From contig NC_087437.1 in assembly GCF_036321535.1 (NCBI RefSeq), positions 109,928,001-109,992,000 of the forward strand: DNA of 64,000 bases, in the 5' to 3' direction. This DNA comes from Camelus dromedarius (lineage: Eukaryota). A program made the position numbers and the translations under genes. Below the pieces are notes generated by a model. That model ran no database searches, was not told where the DNA came from, and worked only from the letters and a program-made list of their open reading frames with translations. This document shows, in pieces, positions 39,520 through 51,945 of this stretch; the stretch's first letter is position 1; every line of letters starts with the position of its first letter.

Positions 39520-39800
39520 CACAAAGAATCCTGGCCAAGGAGAAAAATAGGGGATTTCCTGGTCATGATGAGATGGCATTAATGACATATAGTCATAGAA
39601 TTTCTGACATTGGAATAGGTCATCAGCTTAGCGCTTTAACAACAAGGTGAATTCACTCATAAATATGAAATGAAAGGAATTTTTCATCTGCAATTACAGA
39701 AAATACTGTGAATTACACATTTGGAAATGAAAGATTACAAGCATGAGAAAGGTAAGTCTGTAGAATGCCACACCCACGGCTGAAAGTATAAAAACACCCC
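39520..39800 (+). promoter_or_regulatory. Proximal promoter of the intact KRTAP13 gene (block conserved among paralogues, plus TATA)
   Basis: TATAAAAA at 39787-39794 and CTCATAAA at 39656-39663; the block aligns by eye with 45495-45760 and 51200-51480. Confidence 0.65.
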
Positions 39801-39871
39801 AGTCCAGGAGGTGACATTAAACCTCAGAATCTTCTCATTGTCACTCATTTGAACTCACACCTCCTGTCACC

Positions 39872-40387
39872 ATGTCCTACAACTGCTGCTCTGGAACCTT
39901 CTCCTCCCGCTCCCTTGGGGACCCACTGCTCTACCCAGGCTCCGGCTGTGGCTCCTCCTACCCCAGCAACCTGGTCTACACCACTGACTGCTGCTCTCCC
40001 AGCACCTGCCAGCAGGACTCCTCTCTTTACAGCGGCTGTCAGGAGACCTGTTCTAAGCCTATCAGGTGCCAGACGTCTTATGTGGTATCCAGCCCCTGCC
40101 AGACATCCTGCTACCGCCCAAGGACCTCCATGCTCTGCAGTCCCTTCCAGAAAACTTACGCTAGGTCTCCAGGCTCTGGGTCCGGAAGAGGCTGCTCCCT
40201 GGGCGCTGGGTCCAGAAGCTGCTACTCACTGGGCTTTGGGTCCCATGGCTTCAGACCCCTGGGCTGTGGAGTCTGTGGCTTCCCTCCCCTGAGCCATGGA
40301 TTCGGTTTCTACCTTCCAACCTACTTTGCCCCTAGGAGCTGCCAATCATCCTGTTACAGACCAACCTGTCGGTCTGGCTTCTATTGA
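39872..40387 (+). CDS. KRTAP13-1: Keratin-associated protein 13-1-like, intact, 171 aa, single exon
   Basis: MSYNCCSGTFSSRSLG...YPSNLVY...CQETC...SSPCQTSCYRPRTS...RSCQSSCYRPTCRSGFY*; ACCATG start, TATA at 39787, AATAAA at 40606-40611. The family call is secure; the exact paralogue number is inferred. Confidence 0.92.
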   Translation: MSYNCCSGTFSSRSLGDPLLYPGSGCGSSYPSNLVYTTDCCSPSTCQQDSSLYSGCQETCSKPIRCQTSYVVSSPCQTSCYRPRTSMLCSPFQKTYARSPGSGSGRGCSLGAGSRSCYSLGFGSHGFRPLGCGVCGFPPLSHGFGFYLPTYFAPRSCQSSCYRPTCRSGFY

Positions 40388-40605
40388 TCAGCTTGTTGAG
40401 AATTCAGATGCTTTGAGCAATATGTCTAACCTCTAAACAGAGCATTTATCAACTTCATGATCTTCAGGGGTAAAGAAGCTCTGATCAACTGCTCTTCACC
40501 TTTTGTCCAGTCATAAAATACTGGCCAAAACTCTGTAACATATACTAAGCTCAATGTTCTCAATGTTTAATATTACTGGGTGAATTAATGGAATGAATAT
40601 AATCT

Positions 40606-40611
40606 AATAAA
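40606..40611 (+). other. Polyadenylation signal of the KRTAP13-1-like gene
   Basis: AATAAA about 220 nt after the stop, followed by T/GT-rich sequence; similar context (aataaa..catttattc) at 52206. Confidence 0.65.
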
Positions 40612-42039
40612 ATCATTTATTCTGGCTTCCAAATATGCTGCTAATTTTGTTATTAGTTTTAACTGGCTAAGTTTTGGTGTTTCCTTTTTTTTTTTTTTTT
40701 TTTGTGGGGTGGGGAATGTATTTAGGTTAAAGTTTACTACACTTCTGAGAGCAAACTTTAGAAACCTACTATCGGTAGCTTTGAACTAATTTATTTTGGG
40801 CTTTTAATGTGCCCTTCTTCAACACTGCTGTTTTCTGAAATCCTTATACCGCGTGCATAGACTTTACATGGATGATCATCTCAGGAGCAGCATAGAGCAC
40901 ATCTCCTTCAAAGGGTGTGGGGCGTTGATGTTTGCTGACCGAGAGAGAAAAACAAGGAACTTGGAAATTACAACTGTGTGGGGAAAATTTTTAGGTTATA
41001 TGAAAGTTTTGTACATTAGTTTAAAGAGCTTTCTTTGAGTCAGTCAGTGTTGGGTAGCAAAAAGAACCATATCCCTTTGTCTCACTGAGGACTTTTGTAT
41101 GTAATTAATTTCTCCATTGGTGTAAGAAGGAAGCCAATTAACTTTGGTAAGAATTAATTAGGTTCATGAGATGTAGATTTTCACCTTATATCCAAGATGC
41201 AAATAAATGAGGCTGGAAAAAACAAGACTTTCATATCATCAGAAATTATTGTTCCATTTATATCTCAACATGCCCCTTGTTCTTCTGTTTTATGTTGCCA
41301 TTCTGATATCCATAGGTCAAATATTTCAGAAGACAATATAGTTCTAAGGGAGGTAACATGCTGATAAAGTCTAAAGCTAATAACAAAAAGACAGTACCTT
41401 TATACAGAGATGAAGAGAATATTCGAAGAGTTTTCCTATTTGTGACTTTTCAGATCACTAAAGAATCATGAGAAACACACATTTTATGAACTACTTATTT
41501 GATACCTAAGGAAGTAAAGACTCAAATTGGATCTAGAGTTCGCTGTAGGTCCCAGTCTTAAAATGAAACCAAGATTCAAGATTTTATGACAGATGGGGAC
41601 TAATATAAGAAGTGAAGACACAAGCAGCGTGGGAGAGAATAAGAATTTTGAGAGGATGAAATGAAATGAACAAAGCGGAGAGGTACAAAGGTACTTGCAT
41701 TCATGGAATTATTGGGGATCAAGTTATAATTCATATGCCTTAGTAATGGAAAACCAGTTTAGTGATGTATAATAGGTATCTTTCACTTCATTATTTGGAT
41801 ATCTTGAGTCTGGGATCACATTAATCACAGGATTCATCTCCTCTCAGTCATACTGTTGAAATGGCTTTCTGCTTGGTTACTTTCACTCTATTGTCTATCT
41901 GTTCAAACATTCCTAAATACTTTATAAAATAAAGTTTTTGTCAAAGATTGTGTAAAATAGTGTATTGTTGTATTTTCTTATTTTATATAAAATACATATT
42001 TGTGTTAAATATATAACATAAAAATACAAAAAATATAAT

Positions 42040-44376
42040 AAACAGTTAAATCTTTTATATCCCCTACTACTAATAAAGAAACAGAGCATCTGGTAGGCTT
42101 TTTTGGGTTCTGGAACAAACATACTCCCCACGTAGAAATACCTCTGTGGCCTACATACACAGCTCCCTCTATGCCAAGAACAGAAAAGGCTTCTGCTGGT
42201 CTAGGTTCAGATGCAAGCAGCCCCATTGGTTGGGCTAGACAATCTGGCAGACCATATGGTGTTGGTGGCATTTGTGGTGTGGGAAGAAAAATAAAATAAA
42301 ATAAAACTGCAATGTGGAGTTTATGGCAAACTTCAGTGGGAGAATCACAATGCAAGCAAATCAAGTTGTAAAACTGGGTCTTATAACCTGCAGTGGAAAA
42401 TTAATCTACCTTTGAAAACTGAGATGCTTGGACACTATCTGGGCCTTGTAAAGACACAAAATGCGACCATGGGACAAGTGACCATGCATCTCTATCTGTC
42501 CATCATACAGGTACGTTCTGCTGAAACGTCCAAGTCATAAAGTCAGGGAGACTCAGCAGCAATCCATTGTAGGATGGAAGTAGCTTATACAGGCGTGAAC
42601 ATAGGCAGAACAGGAAATCAGGCTACGTGAGCAGGAAGGAGCCCAGACCCCCATGTCACTGCCCAGGACTGCACCACCAGCACCCCTTTCTCAGATCACA
42701 TGTGTGGTCACATTCGGTGCCTCAAATGACCGGCTGAATGAGGAGGGAGACAGACCATGCTAAGCTTGCAGATGGATTGGCTCATTGCATGGATGTCTTT
42801 AAACACTGTGGTGAGAAAAAACATTTTCTCTATGGGCAGAATTTTATGCCCAGCACCTGACTATCTACTTTGTATAAAAGAAAAAAATGGCCCCAGTTGG
42901 TGATATGTCTAGGTCCCTGGACAGTGGCAATTGACCTGACCAGCTAGTTAGAGACATGGAAGGGAAAGTATTAGGATTTGAAACAATGAAATCTGGTCTA
43001 GAGACACGTGGATGGACATATATATGTAGGTGGATTCAAAGTGTGAAGATCTTTGTATTTCTTCTTAAGGCCTACCAGAATGCATCCACCATGGAAGAGG
43101 AAGTGAAAAATCAAGTAGACCAAATGAGCCTGCCAGTTGATGCTAGAGAGCGTTTGCCAGCAGCCCCTGCAGTGCTGACAAGATGAGCATGTGAGTAAGT
43201 GACCACAGAAGCTATGAATGGGCCCAATAGCACAAGTTCCCACTTACAAGTCAGATATTGTTAATGTCACAGCAAATGTCCAGTCTGTCAGCAACAGAGG
43301 GTGATGCTAAACTCCCAGGACGGTGTTATCCCTCAAGAAGGCCAACTGGTCACTTGGATGCAAGTTGAGCGTGGCCCCCTTCTGCTCTGAAAGAACCAGT
43401 GGTTCATCCTCAGACACATAGCTATCTGTCTTCTTCCCATGCTTACCTCAACAGCACCATTATTCAAGAGCTAATGAAAAACTTGATCCAGCAGCACGGA
43501 GTTCCTCACCACGTGGCATCCAATCAGGAAATCCACTTCATAGTAGAGGCAGCAAGAAGTGGGATCTGCAGATTAAGTCAAAAACCATAGGACCCTGAAG
43601 ATACCTGCCTGATAGTGCATTCGACAGTCCCACTGACAGCAAAGCTGAAGTGTCAGCATGGAGATAATACCCTCAGAAGACTAGGTTCAAAATATACACT
43701 CACTATCATTCCCAGTGACCCACTTAAGAGCTCTGTGCTTCCTATTTCTGCAACTGGAATTTCCAAGGATGGAAGCCCTGTTCCCAGAGACAGGCTTGCT
43801 GAGGGACACATCAAGGACCTCACTGAACTACAGTGATGGCTGTTAGCTGAGCACTTTGGGTTTTTGTTTCAGGGACCAACCGGCCAAAAAAGCAAACAAA
43901 CAACAACAACAACAAAAGAGTTACCATCTATCTAAGGGTAGATGATCCTGATAGCAGAAAATGTTAGGATTGCTGTGACACAGTGAGCGTGGGAGGGACC
44001 ATGTGTGGAGCTCAGCTGATCTACTTGGATGGCTCTCGAATCCTCCTGCCCAGTGACAGACTTGATTTGCCATATGCAGTAACTCCAGCAAGAAAAAGGG
44101 TTACCAGGGTTCACACTCCTCAAGAATAAGATCACGGGTTAATATCACCAGAAAATCCCCTGCGACCAACAGAGGTGGTAACTGAGGGTGAGGCAGATGT
44201 GTAATGGACTGTGAAGGAGGGAGATAATGATCACCAGCTGTAGCTCCAAGATCACGTGCAGTGACAAGTCTGTGCTTCATCCCACTGACCTCACTCACAA
44301 ATTTCCCCTCAGGAAGAGAGACCTACCAGAGAATCTCTCTCCGGATGAGTTGACTCTCAAGGTGCGAATGGAGGAC
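42040..44376 (+). mobile_element. ERVL internal region relic (pol: RT end, RNase H, integrase)
   Basis: Translated fragments PTTNKETEHLVGFFGFWNKHTPH, VKIFVFLLKAYQNASTMEEEVKNQVDQM and TIIQELMKNLIQQHGVPHHVASNQEIHF resemble ERV-L Pol; many stops and frameshifts. Confidence 0.85.
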
Positions 44377-44674
44377 AGTAACAGGTTCAGATATGCACTG
44401 GAACTCATATCACGCCACTTCAGAAAAGGAATAGCTGTCCAGCTGTGACAAGTGAGGTTAGCTGACAGCCTTTTCTGTTGGCTTCCTTTGGATCTGCCTT
44501 AGATTTTAAGCCAAATCAGTTGTTTTTTTCTTTTTTTTCCCACGGCAGCCCCTTGTCAGTGACTGAGCAAGGTAGTGGTATGGCTTTGTTTCTTTCACAG
44601 GTGCTACTCTCTTACAAACTTCTTGTTCTTCTGTTCCTGTCTCAGTGCCTGCTTCTTAGAGAATCCAACTAGCA
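44377..44674 (+). mobile_element. 3' LTR of the ERVL element (LTR16-like)
   Basis: Follows the purine-rich gaatggaggac; contains gttagctgacagcc...tttggatctgcct...gtgactgagcaagg...gtctcagtgcctgcttcttagagaatccaact. Confidence 0.6.
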
Positions 44675-45833
44675 AATATTCTCTCTAGTCTTTCTTAAAA
44701 TGTAATGTTCCTTCTAAGATTATTTTCCTTCAGCCTGAAGAATTTCTGTGTTTATTTCAGTCTAAGTTTACCTGATATAATTAACCCACTGGAAATTAGC
44801 ACTCAGATACTGTATTAATCAAAGGAAAAACTAAACTGGAGAACACAGTGAGAAAAGAAAAATACTTTATAGTTTTGAAAGAATTTACAGGAAAGAAACT
44901 GACTTTGAAAATGCACAGAAATCATTCACAGTCGGAGCAGAAGAGCAGCTGATTTGTTCTGGGATGCAGACCTCAGGTCCTTTTAAAATTTGTAAACATT
45001 TTTATGATGCAAATAAAAATATATGAAAATGCATAAACTATATTCACTTTCAAACAGTGTTTTTTAAAAGGCATTTAGATCCATAGTCTCAAAGCAAGTA
45101 GAAGAGTTACCTGAAATTCCTGTCTTTTCATTCCTTTTCTCAGTTTCCCACATTGTCACCATTATCCCCACTCCCTCTCCCAATGGCCCAAATCAACTTC
45201 TTCTTGTGAGTCTAACACAATTCAGTCTTCTTGAGTCATTTCGTCTTTCAATGTTTGCCTGGTTCCTTTCTGTTTCTAGCCATTGCTGTTTGTTATTTTT
45301 CGTCCCTCCCTTGGATGTGAGAAGCACTATGATAATATGTGATAGATGGAAAATAATTTTGAAGACCATGAATCAGTAGTGACAAGTAGAATCAATCATT
45401 AGAAGCATCCTTATAAAAAAACAAAGCCACACCACTGATCACTTGACTCAGTAGAAAAATGACAGAAAAAAATCCCAGAGCAAAGCAGGAGTGTACATGG
45501 AGTCATGGCCAGGGAGTAAAGAATGGGTTTTCCTCGCCTAGATGGGATGAAGATGACTGACAAATGGTTCTAGAATTTCTGTATAGGAATAAACACTGGC
45601 TTTGTGTTGTCATAAATTATAGTACTCATAAATACAATAGTTAGGAAGCTAGTCAACTGCAAGAGATTTATGAATTACACTATGCAGGAGAGGGTGTGCA
45701 AAATATGAGAGAATTGCACCAGCGCTGTACCTTACCAATTGACAAGAATGTGTAAATTACTCCATCCACGAGATAACCTTAGACTTTGGAACCTTTTCAC
45801 TGTCACTCATTTGAACTCACATCTCCTGTTAAC

Positions 45834-46318
45834 GTGTCCTACAACTGATGCTCTGGAAACTTCTCCTCCCGCTCCCTTGGAGGCCAGCTGCACTACCCAG
45901 GCTCCTCCTGTGGCTCCTCCTACCCCAGCAATCTGGTCTGCACCACGGACCTCTGCTCTCCCAGCACCTGCCAGCTGAGCTCCTCTCTCTACAGAGGCTG
46001 TCAGGAGACCTGCTGTGAGCCCACCAGGTGCCATGTGATGTCCAGTCCCTGCCAGACATTCTGCTACTGCCAGAGGACCTCCCTGCTCTGCAGTCCTGCC
46101 AGTCAATTTATATCGTGTCCTGGGTTTTGGGTCCAGAAGTGGCTTCTTTTTGGCTATGGATCTAGGAGCCTCTACTTACAGGACTGTCCCTCCATGGCTT
46201 GGAATCTGGATTCCCTACCTTGGGCTACGTACCCACTTTCTGTCATCCAACCTACTTTGCTGCTAGGAGCCTTTAACCGTCTTGTAACCAACCCATCTAT
46301 GTTTCTGGTTTCTACTGA
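45834..46318 (+). pseudogene. KRTAP13 pseudogene
   Basis: Start ATG->GTG (45834), codon 5 TGC->TGA (45846-45848), frameshift near 46096 and further 3' decay; ancestral stop ttc tac TGA at 46316-46318; TATA decayed to TGTGTAAA (45749-45756). Confidence 0.88.
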
Positions 46319-49300
46319 TCAACTTGTTGAGTTCTAGTACTTTTTAAGTAATGTCATCAAAATGCCTACTCAAAGTTCTGTCATGCTCACTATTTCCATT
46401 GGCAAATCACATCTTATTATACAGTGCTTCCTACCTCCAATAGAGGGATGAAAAATAACACATAATGAGCAATGAGTAGAAACAGAAAGGAACAGGCTAA
46501 GAGACGGACTCCTGAATCCGATGAATTTAGTGATTTAATCCAAAAGAATGAGTGTAATATCAGCATTACTGAAAGAATTTACATTTATTTCCTGCCCAAA
46601 ATGGATAAAAAGTTAAGGGATTATAAACCAATAAACTAATCCAATCTGACATTGAAATATCTTTACATTATGGCTTATACATTATTGACCAGACTTTGTA
46701 CTGAGTTAGATTTGGCAGGAAGAATGAAAACTCAATGTGTACATTTTGGAAGTTTAAAAAGTTATAGATTTGATCTAATTTCTCTGGACGATGGACATTT
46801 TTCTCATTCAAACCATAGTCACTGGACATCCATGTTTTGAAGTTCTAGAGTTTTACAAATAGAAGTCTCAGGATCAGGATAAACTTTGATTTTCTCAAAG
46901 AACATCGGTCTTATCTGTGTGGACTTAGGGAACTGTAACTGTGAGGTTGACAGATTTGTAGGGAATTTCTTGAACAAGAGTAACATTTAGAGTCACATGA
47001 TTAGGATAATAAATGGAAGAAAAACTAAATGAAAGACTAATTTAAAAATACACATGAACCCTAAATAAATTCGAATGAGTTTATCCAATATGTATTGTTA
47101 AAAACAACCAGATCCATGCTTCTAATGGTGAGTTTCTAATGTAATTCATTTTTCTGTATGTATGAGAAGATACAGACAGTGATTTTTTAGTGGGAAGGGT
47201 AAAGCTTCAGAATATCAGTGATTCCACTTTAACGCTTCCCTAAAGCCAAACTAAATATAGATGAAAACAATCCCTTTATATCAATTAACCTGACTATTTC
47301 ATTTGGATCTCAGCATAAAGTTGGAGACACTATATGTTTAGTTTTTTTGGTAACAATCTCAGCTTTCACAAGCCACATATTTAACAAAAAACCATATGAG
47401 ATTAAGAGAAATTGGTACTGAGAAATAAAAGTGAATTACAAAATTACATTATCCCTGAATAGTACTAATAACAAGGTTTAAAGAACATCCTATTAATTAT
47501 TTCTTTAGGTCCTCAAATAGATTTGTGACAAAGATATATATTTAAAATTCAAGTTATTCTAAGTAGGAGGAAATTGATATTTAAAGCAAATCAGAGAATT
47601 TCCCAGTTATGACAACCAAAACTGTCTCTCTAGATATTGCCAAATACTTCCTAGAGGACAAAAGGCAAACTCCCCCCTGGTTGAGAACCATTTATCTAAA
47701 TTAATTCATGGGAAAAAAGGAGATGAAAAATAGAGAACAGCATTTAAGAGAATCTGGATCTCAGTGAAAAGATCGAGCATACTTGTGCTTTTGAAACTCT
47801 GAAAACAGAAAAGAGAGAGAATGGAGGAGAATATATATTTGGGGAGAAAATGTTAAGAATGTTCTAAAACGAAGTCCAAAAGTGCTGCAAACTGAAAGTT
47901 GGGTAATACAGAAACTCTGACCTCTGACACCCACCCACACCTAACTCTCATGAACATCTGCTGAATCTAAGTTCCCTGAGGAAGAAAGCAGACTACCTGT
48001 TAAAAAAAAATAGCGCTGAAATACGAATTATCTACAAAGATAATTGAACAAAATAGTCAAAATTCTGAAAGAACACAGATTTCATACTGGAGTACTATGT
48101 TCAGAAAATGCATGCTTCAAAACTGAAGCAAATAAATCAAGAGAATGTCTCATCAGCAGACTGACAGTAAATATATGCTGAAAGTTGTCTGTTACTGAGA
48201 AGGAAAATATATTTACCAAACAACAGGAAAATGTCTCACGTTAGGCTACGAGCTGCACTTTTCTCCCATTCTTAAGAATGTTACTCTCTTAGTCATGAAA
48301 CCTCACCACTGGATATATTTACCACTTTCTGGGATGCAAATGACTCCTAGTCTACACTGGGTAAATATAATAGAAATATTTTCTAGATAACAAATAGACA
48401 AGACACCATCTGCTGGCATCAATCTTCATATCCCAAGTCATAACTTTTGATGCCTGCCTTCTCATTAAGATGATTAATCAAAGTTGACTCCTCCGGATGG
48501 TTAGTAAGTTAAAAAGCAACTCCCATAAAATAATTAGGTGGGTGGAAAAAGTAGGATCTAAAAATACATCATGGTTCCACAAACCACAGACCTGAAAAAA
48601 ATAAGATAGAAAATGGAAATGAGGATCTGCAAACATGTTTGGAAGCCATTAGTTCCACAGCTCAGAGTCAACATTTTAATTTAAAATCCCCCAATATTTT
48701 AAAATGTGGATAAATAATTCTCTTTTTGGAAAACATAATCTATGGAAGTATACATTGCACCAATATAATACATGGGTTGCATTTTGCAATGGTCTGAGAA
48801 GAAGGAGTTCCTGAGGAAAACGCACTGATTTCAGTGTTTTGCTAGAGAATGACCTTTCTCTACACTCATCAATTCTTATTTTGTTCCATCAAGGCTACTT
48901 TGAAAAAGGGTTTGGCGAAGAAAGAAAATGGGGGACATACATACAGGATATCATATTGAGTAGAATATTTTCCCTACTTGGTTGGCAAGAAGGAATAAGA
49001 TTCAGATTCTAACTTGGGACATTAGTAAATAAATGATTTGCAAATGTGTTTTGGAAAAGTCATTTCCTTACTTTGCTTTCTCGAGGAGCCCTGTGCTATG
49101 TTGCTTTTCCAATTTGAATGTTACTGTCATTACCATTTTTGAAGAACCAACTTTGGGCCGTGTTATACTCTATACAAGTAGTTTTTTACTCTTATATTGA
49201 TTTCTACCTTAAACTTGTTTCTTCTTTCTGTTTTCTTTTGTCTTAACTTGTTATCTCTTATTCTAACTTCTTGATCTTCAGCCTTTCTTCTCATCAAATA

Positions 49301-49420
49301 TATGCACTTAATGCACAAAATTCTCTCAAAGCACTGAATTGGTTGAAATCTTTAAGTTTTGGTTTTTTATCTTCAATATCATTTAGATCAAGGAGTTTTT
49401 TACTGTCCATGTTATCTAAG

Positions 49421-49888
49421 TGAGATAGGCTGGAACCTGGGACCTGGGACCCTTTGCTGCATACTTACACCTGGGCAGATGTCTCCCGACCAACAGAATA
49501 CAAAGACATTATAAGGGACTAAAAATAGCCACACACATGTGCAGTTGCTGCAAAGTTGAACAAGATAAAAACAAACAAAAAGAAACAAAAAACCCAACTG
49601 CCACTTCCGAGGTGTCAGGACCAAAAGCAGGGCACTGCACAAGATCCCTGCCCACAGCATCACCACGGGGGTGGGCAGACCAACTAAGCACCCCTCCCCC
49701 CCTACCCAGGGGTTTGCTTTTATCCTCACCCATTTAAGGCTTGGCTCACCTCCCCTCAGGGAGCGAACAAGGGAGCCTGTCACTTGTTTTCACTCCCTCG
49801 TGCTGCAGCAAGAATCCCAGTAAAGCCTTGCCAGAATTTCTCATCAATTTCTATTGATTAAAGAGTCCAAGAACCCGAGTTGGTAACA
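49421..49888 (+). mobile_element. ERV1-type solo LTR
   Basis: TGAGATAGG...AGTAAA...ccaagaacccgagttggTAACA; perfect 4-bp TSD TAAG (49417-49420, 49889-49892). Confidence 0.85.
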
Positions 49889-50485
49889 TAAGGAAGAGGG
49901 AGAATGTTTGACAATAAAGGAGAAAAATGTAGGAGAGAATGTGATGGGGCTGCAGTGCCTAACTGGGGCTTCCAAAGGAGCAAGATGTCTGGATAAATTG
50001 TAAATATGTTTAGCAAAAAGGCAAAAATCTATTTTAAAATTCATAAATTTCATCCATTTGGAACCACTTTGATTTGAATAATATTTAAATTCAACAAATT
50101 ACAGATTTAAAATAAGGTAGAGGGAAAATTGATGCATCATTCTGTCCTCTGTTGTTTACTTCTTTTACTCATCTTAGTAGACTCTGCTCTGATTTCCCTC
50201 TGATGGGCTCAAATTGGTCTCCATTTGTAACTTTGTTCCAATTTACTGTTCTTGTATCTCACTTCCAAATACTCATCCAGGGTTCACTCTGTTCTTAGCC
50301 TTCCTCCACTCGATTTGTAATATTTTGGGCTTTCTCCATTGGATATGAGGTCTCTGCATTAATATTTAATACTTGGAGATTAATTCTGGAGAACAAAAAT
50401 GAAGGGTCACAAGAAGGCTCAATCTTTAGAAGACTTTTAGAGCCATGCCTCTAACTAAAAAAAAAAAAAAAAAAGATGATACCAT

Positions 50486-51142
50486 TGTTAGACCAGGCAG
50501 ATAGCTAGATACCAGCAGAGAAAGGGGGACACAGGACAAATGGCAGGAATTGGGCAGAAAGGAGGGACACAGGCCAAATGCGGGAAACCATGCATCACAT
50601 AAGAACCAGGGGTGCCTGAGCAGAGAAAGAAAAGCAGGAACCTCTGGGCTGACAAGTGGTCACAACATTTGGAGTGACAAATGTCCTGGAGACCAACAAA
50701 GAAACGTGGGAAAAGGGAGGAATCTCCAGTGTCTGAATGTAACTTTTTGATCATTATACTCTCTTTTCAATAAAATTAGCCTTGCAGATGAGAAGTACCC
50801 ATCATGCACCAACACCATGACACTTCCAATCCAGACAAAACAAGGACAAAATTCCCTCCTCCCTTTGGGAAGGTGGAGCTGGCATGAAAATCAGGGAATA
50901 TGACCCCAAACCCTTCCTACCCCAATGAATATTCCACCCATTCATTTTTATATCCAATGTAACCAACTTGCCAAAGAAACTCAGGGCAGCTACTCAGCTG
51001 AGCCTGCCTGCTCTCCCCTTGAGAGTGCACTATCCATCCCTTAATAAATCCTCACTTTACTTTCTCAGCCTCTGGGTCTTGTCTCTGAATTCTTTCTGGG
51101 ATGGGACAAGAACCTGGACACTGGTTACATCTACCAGCAACA
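50486..51142 (+). mobile_element. ERV1-type solo LTR (family A, copy 1)
   Basis: TGTTAGA...AATAAA (51043-51048)...CAGCAACA; TSD ccat/ccgt; homologous along its length to 54414-55064. Confidence 0.85.
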
Positions 51143-51470
51143 CCGTTTCAATCTCCACCCTTAGAAGGAATGCATACCCAAGCAAAGCCAGAATCAGATT
51201 CACACACAGCGTATACCAGGAAGAAAAGGAGGGACATTCCTGGTTGTGATGGGATGGTCATTAATGCAAAATTGTCATAGCACTAGTGACATAAGAGTAG
51301 TTTACTGGCTTTGTGTTATAACAGAAATTATTATAGCGCCTATAAATGTAATACGCGTGAAACCATGCAGCCGCAATTACAGAAATGATGATTGAGGTAA
51401 TACTACGCAAATGAGGGAGTAGAAATGTAGGAATGATGGCCTTGTAGCTGTTAACACCTATTGCTGAGAG

Positions 51471-51478
51471 TATATAAA
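51471..51478 (+). promoter_or_regulatory. TATA box of the KRTAP13 copy at 51555
   Basis: TATATAAA 84 nt upstream of the ATG. Confidence 0.75.
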
Positions 51479-51554
51479 TGCCACAGTCTAGGAGGTAGAA
51501 ACAAACTTAAGACATTCTTAGTGTAATTCAGCTGAACTCACATCTCCTATCAAG

Positions 51555-51945
51555 ATGTCCTACAGCTGCTGCTCTGGAAACTTCTCCTCCCACTCCCTTG
51601 GAGGCCAATTGCCCTACCCAGGCTCCTCCTATGGCTCCTCCTACCCCAGCAACCTGGTCTACACCACTGACCTCTGCTCTCCCAGCACCTGCCAGTGGAA
51701 CTACTCTGTCTACAGTGGCTGTCAGGAGACCCGCTGTGAGCCCACTAGGTGCCAGACATCCCGTGTAGTGTCCAGCCCCTGCCAGACATCCTGCTACTGC
51801 CCCAGGACTTCCACGTTCTGCAGTCCCTGGGTCTGCTGGGTCTCTGGGCTCTGGGTCAAGAGTAGGCTGCTCCCTGGGCTATGGGTCCAGAAGCTGCCAT
51901 CCAAGCTATTTTGAGTTTTGGCCAATCTGTGGATTTGGGTTCTAG
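51555..51945 (+). pseudogene. KRTAP13 copy with a frameshift after codon 91 (residual 119-aa ORF 51555-51914)
   Basis: The N-terminal 91 aa are canonical KAP13. At about 51828, 15 nt are replaced by tgggtct (net -8). The original frame continues AGSLGSGSRVGCSLGYGSRSCHPSYFEFWPICGFGF* to TAG 51943-51945. TATA, ATG and AATAAA (52206-52211) are intact, so it may be transcribed. Confidence 0.78.

Noticed and set aside
42956..43836. ORFs with ERVL Pol similarity as a domesticated gene
   Set aside because: Short fragments separated by stops and frameshifts; consistent with neutral decay.
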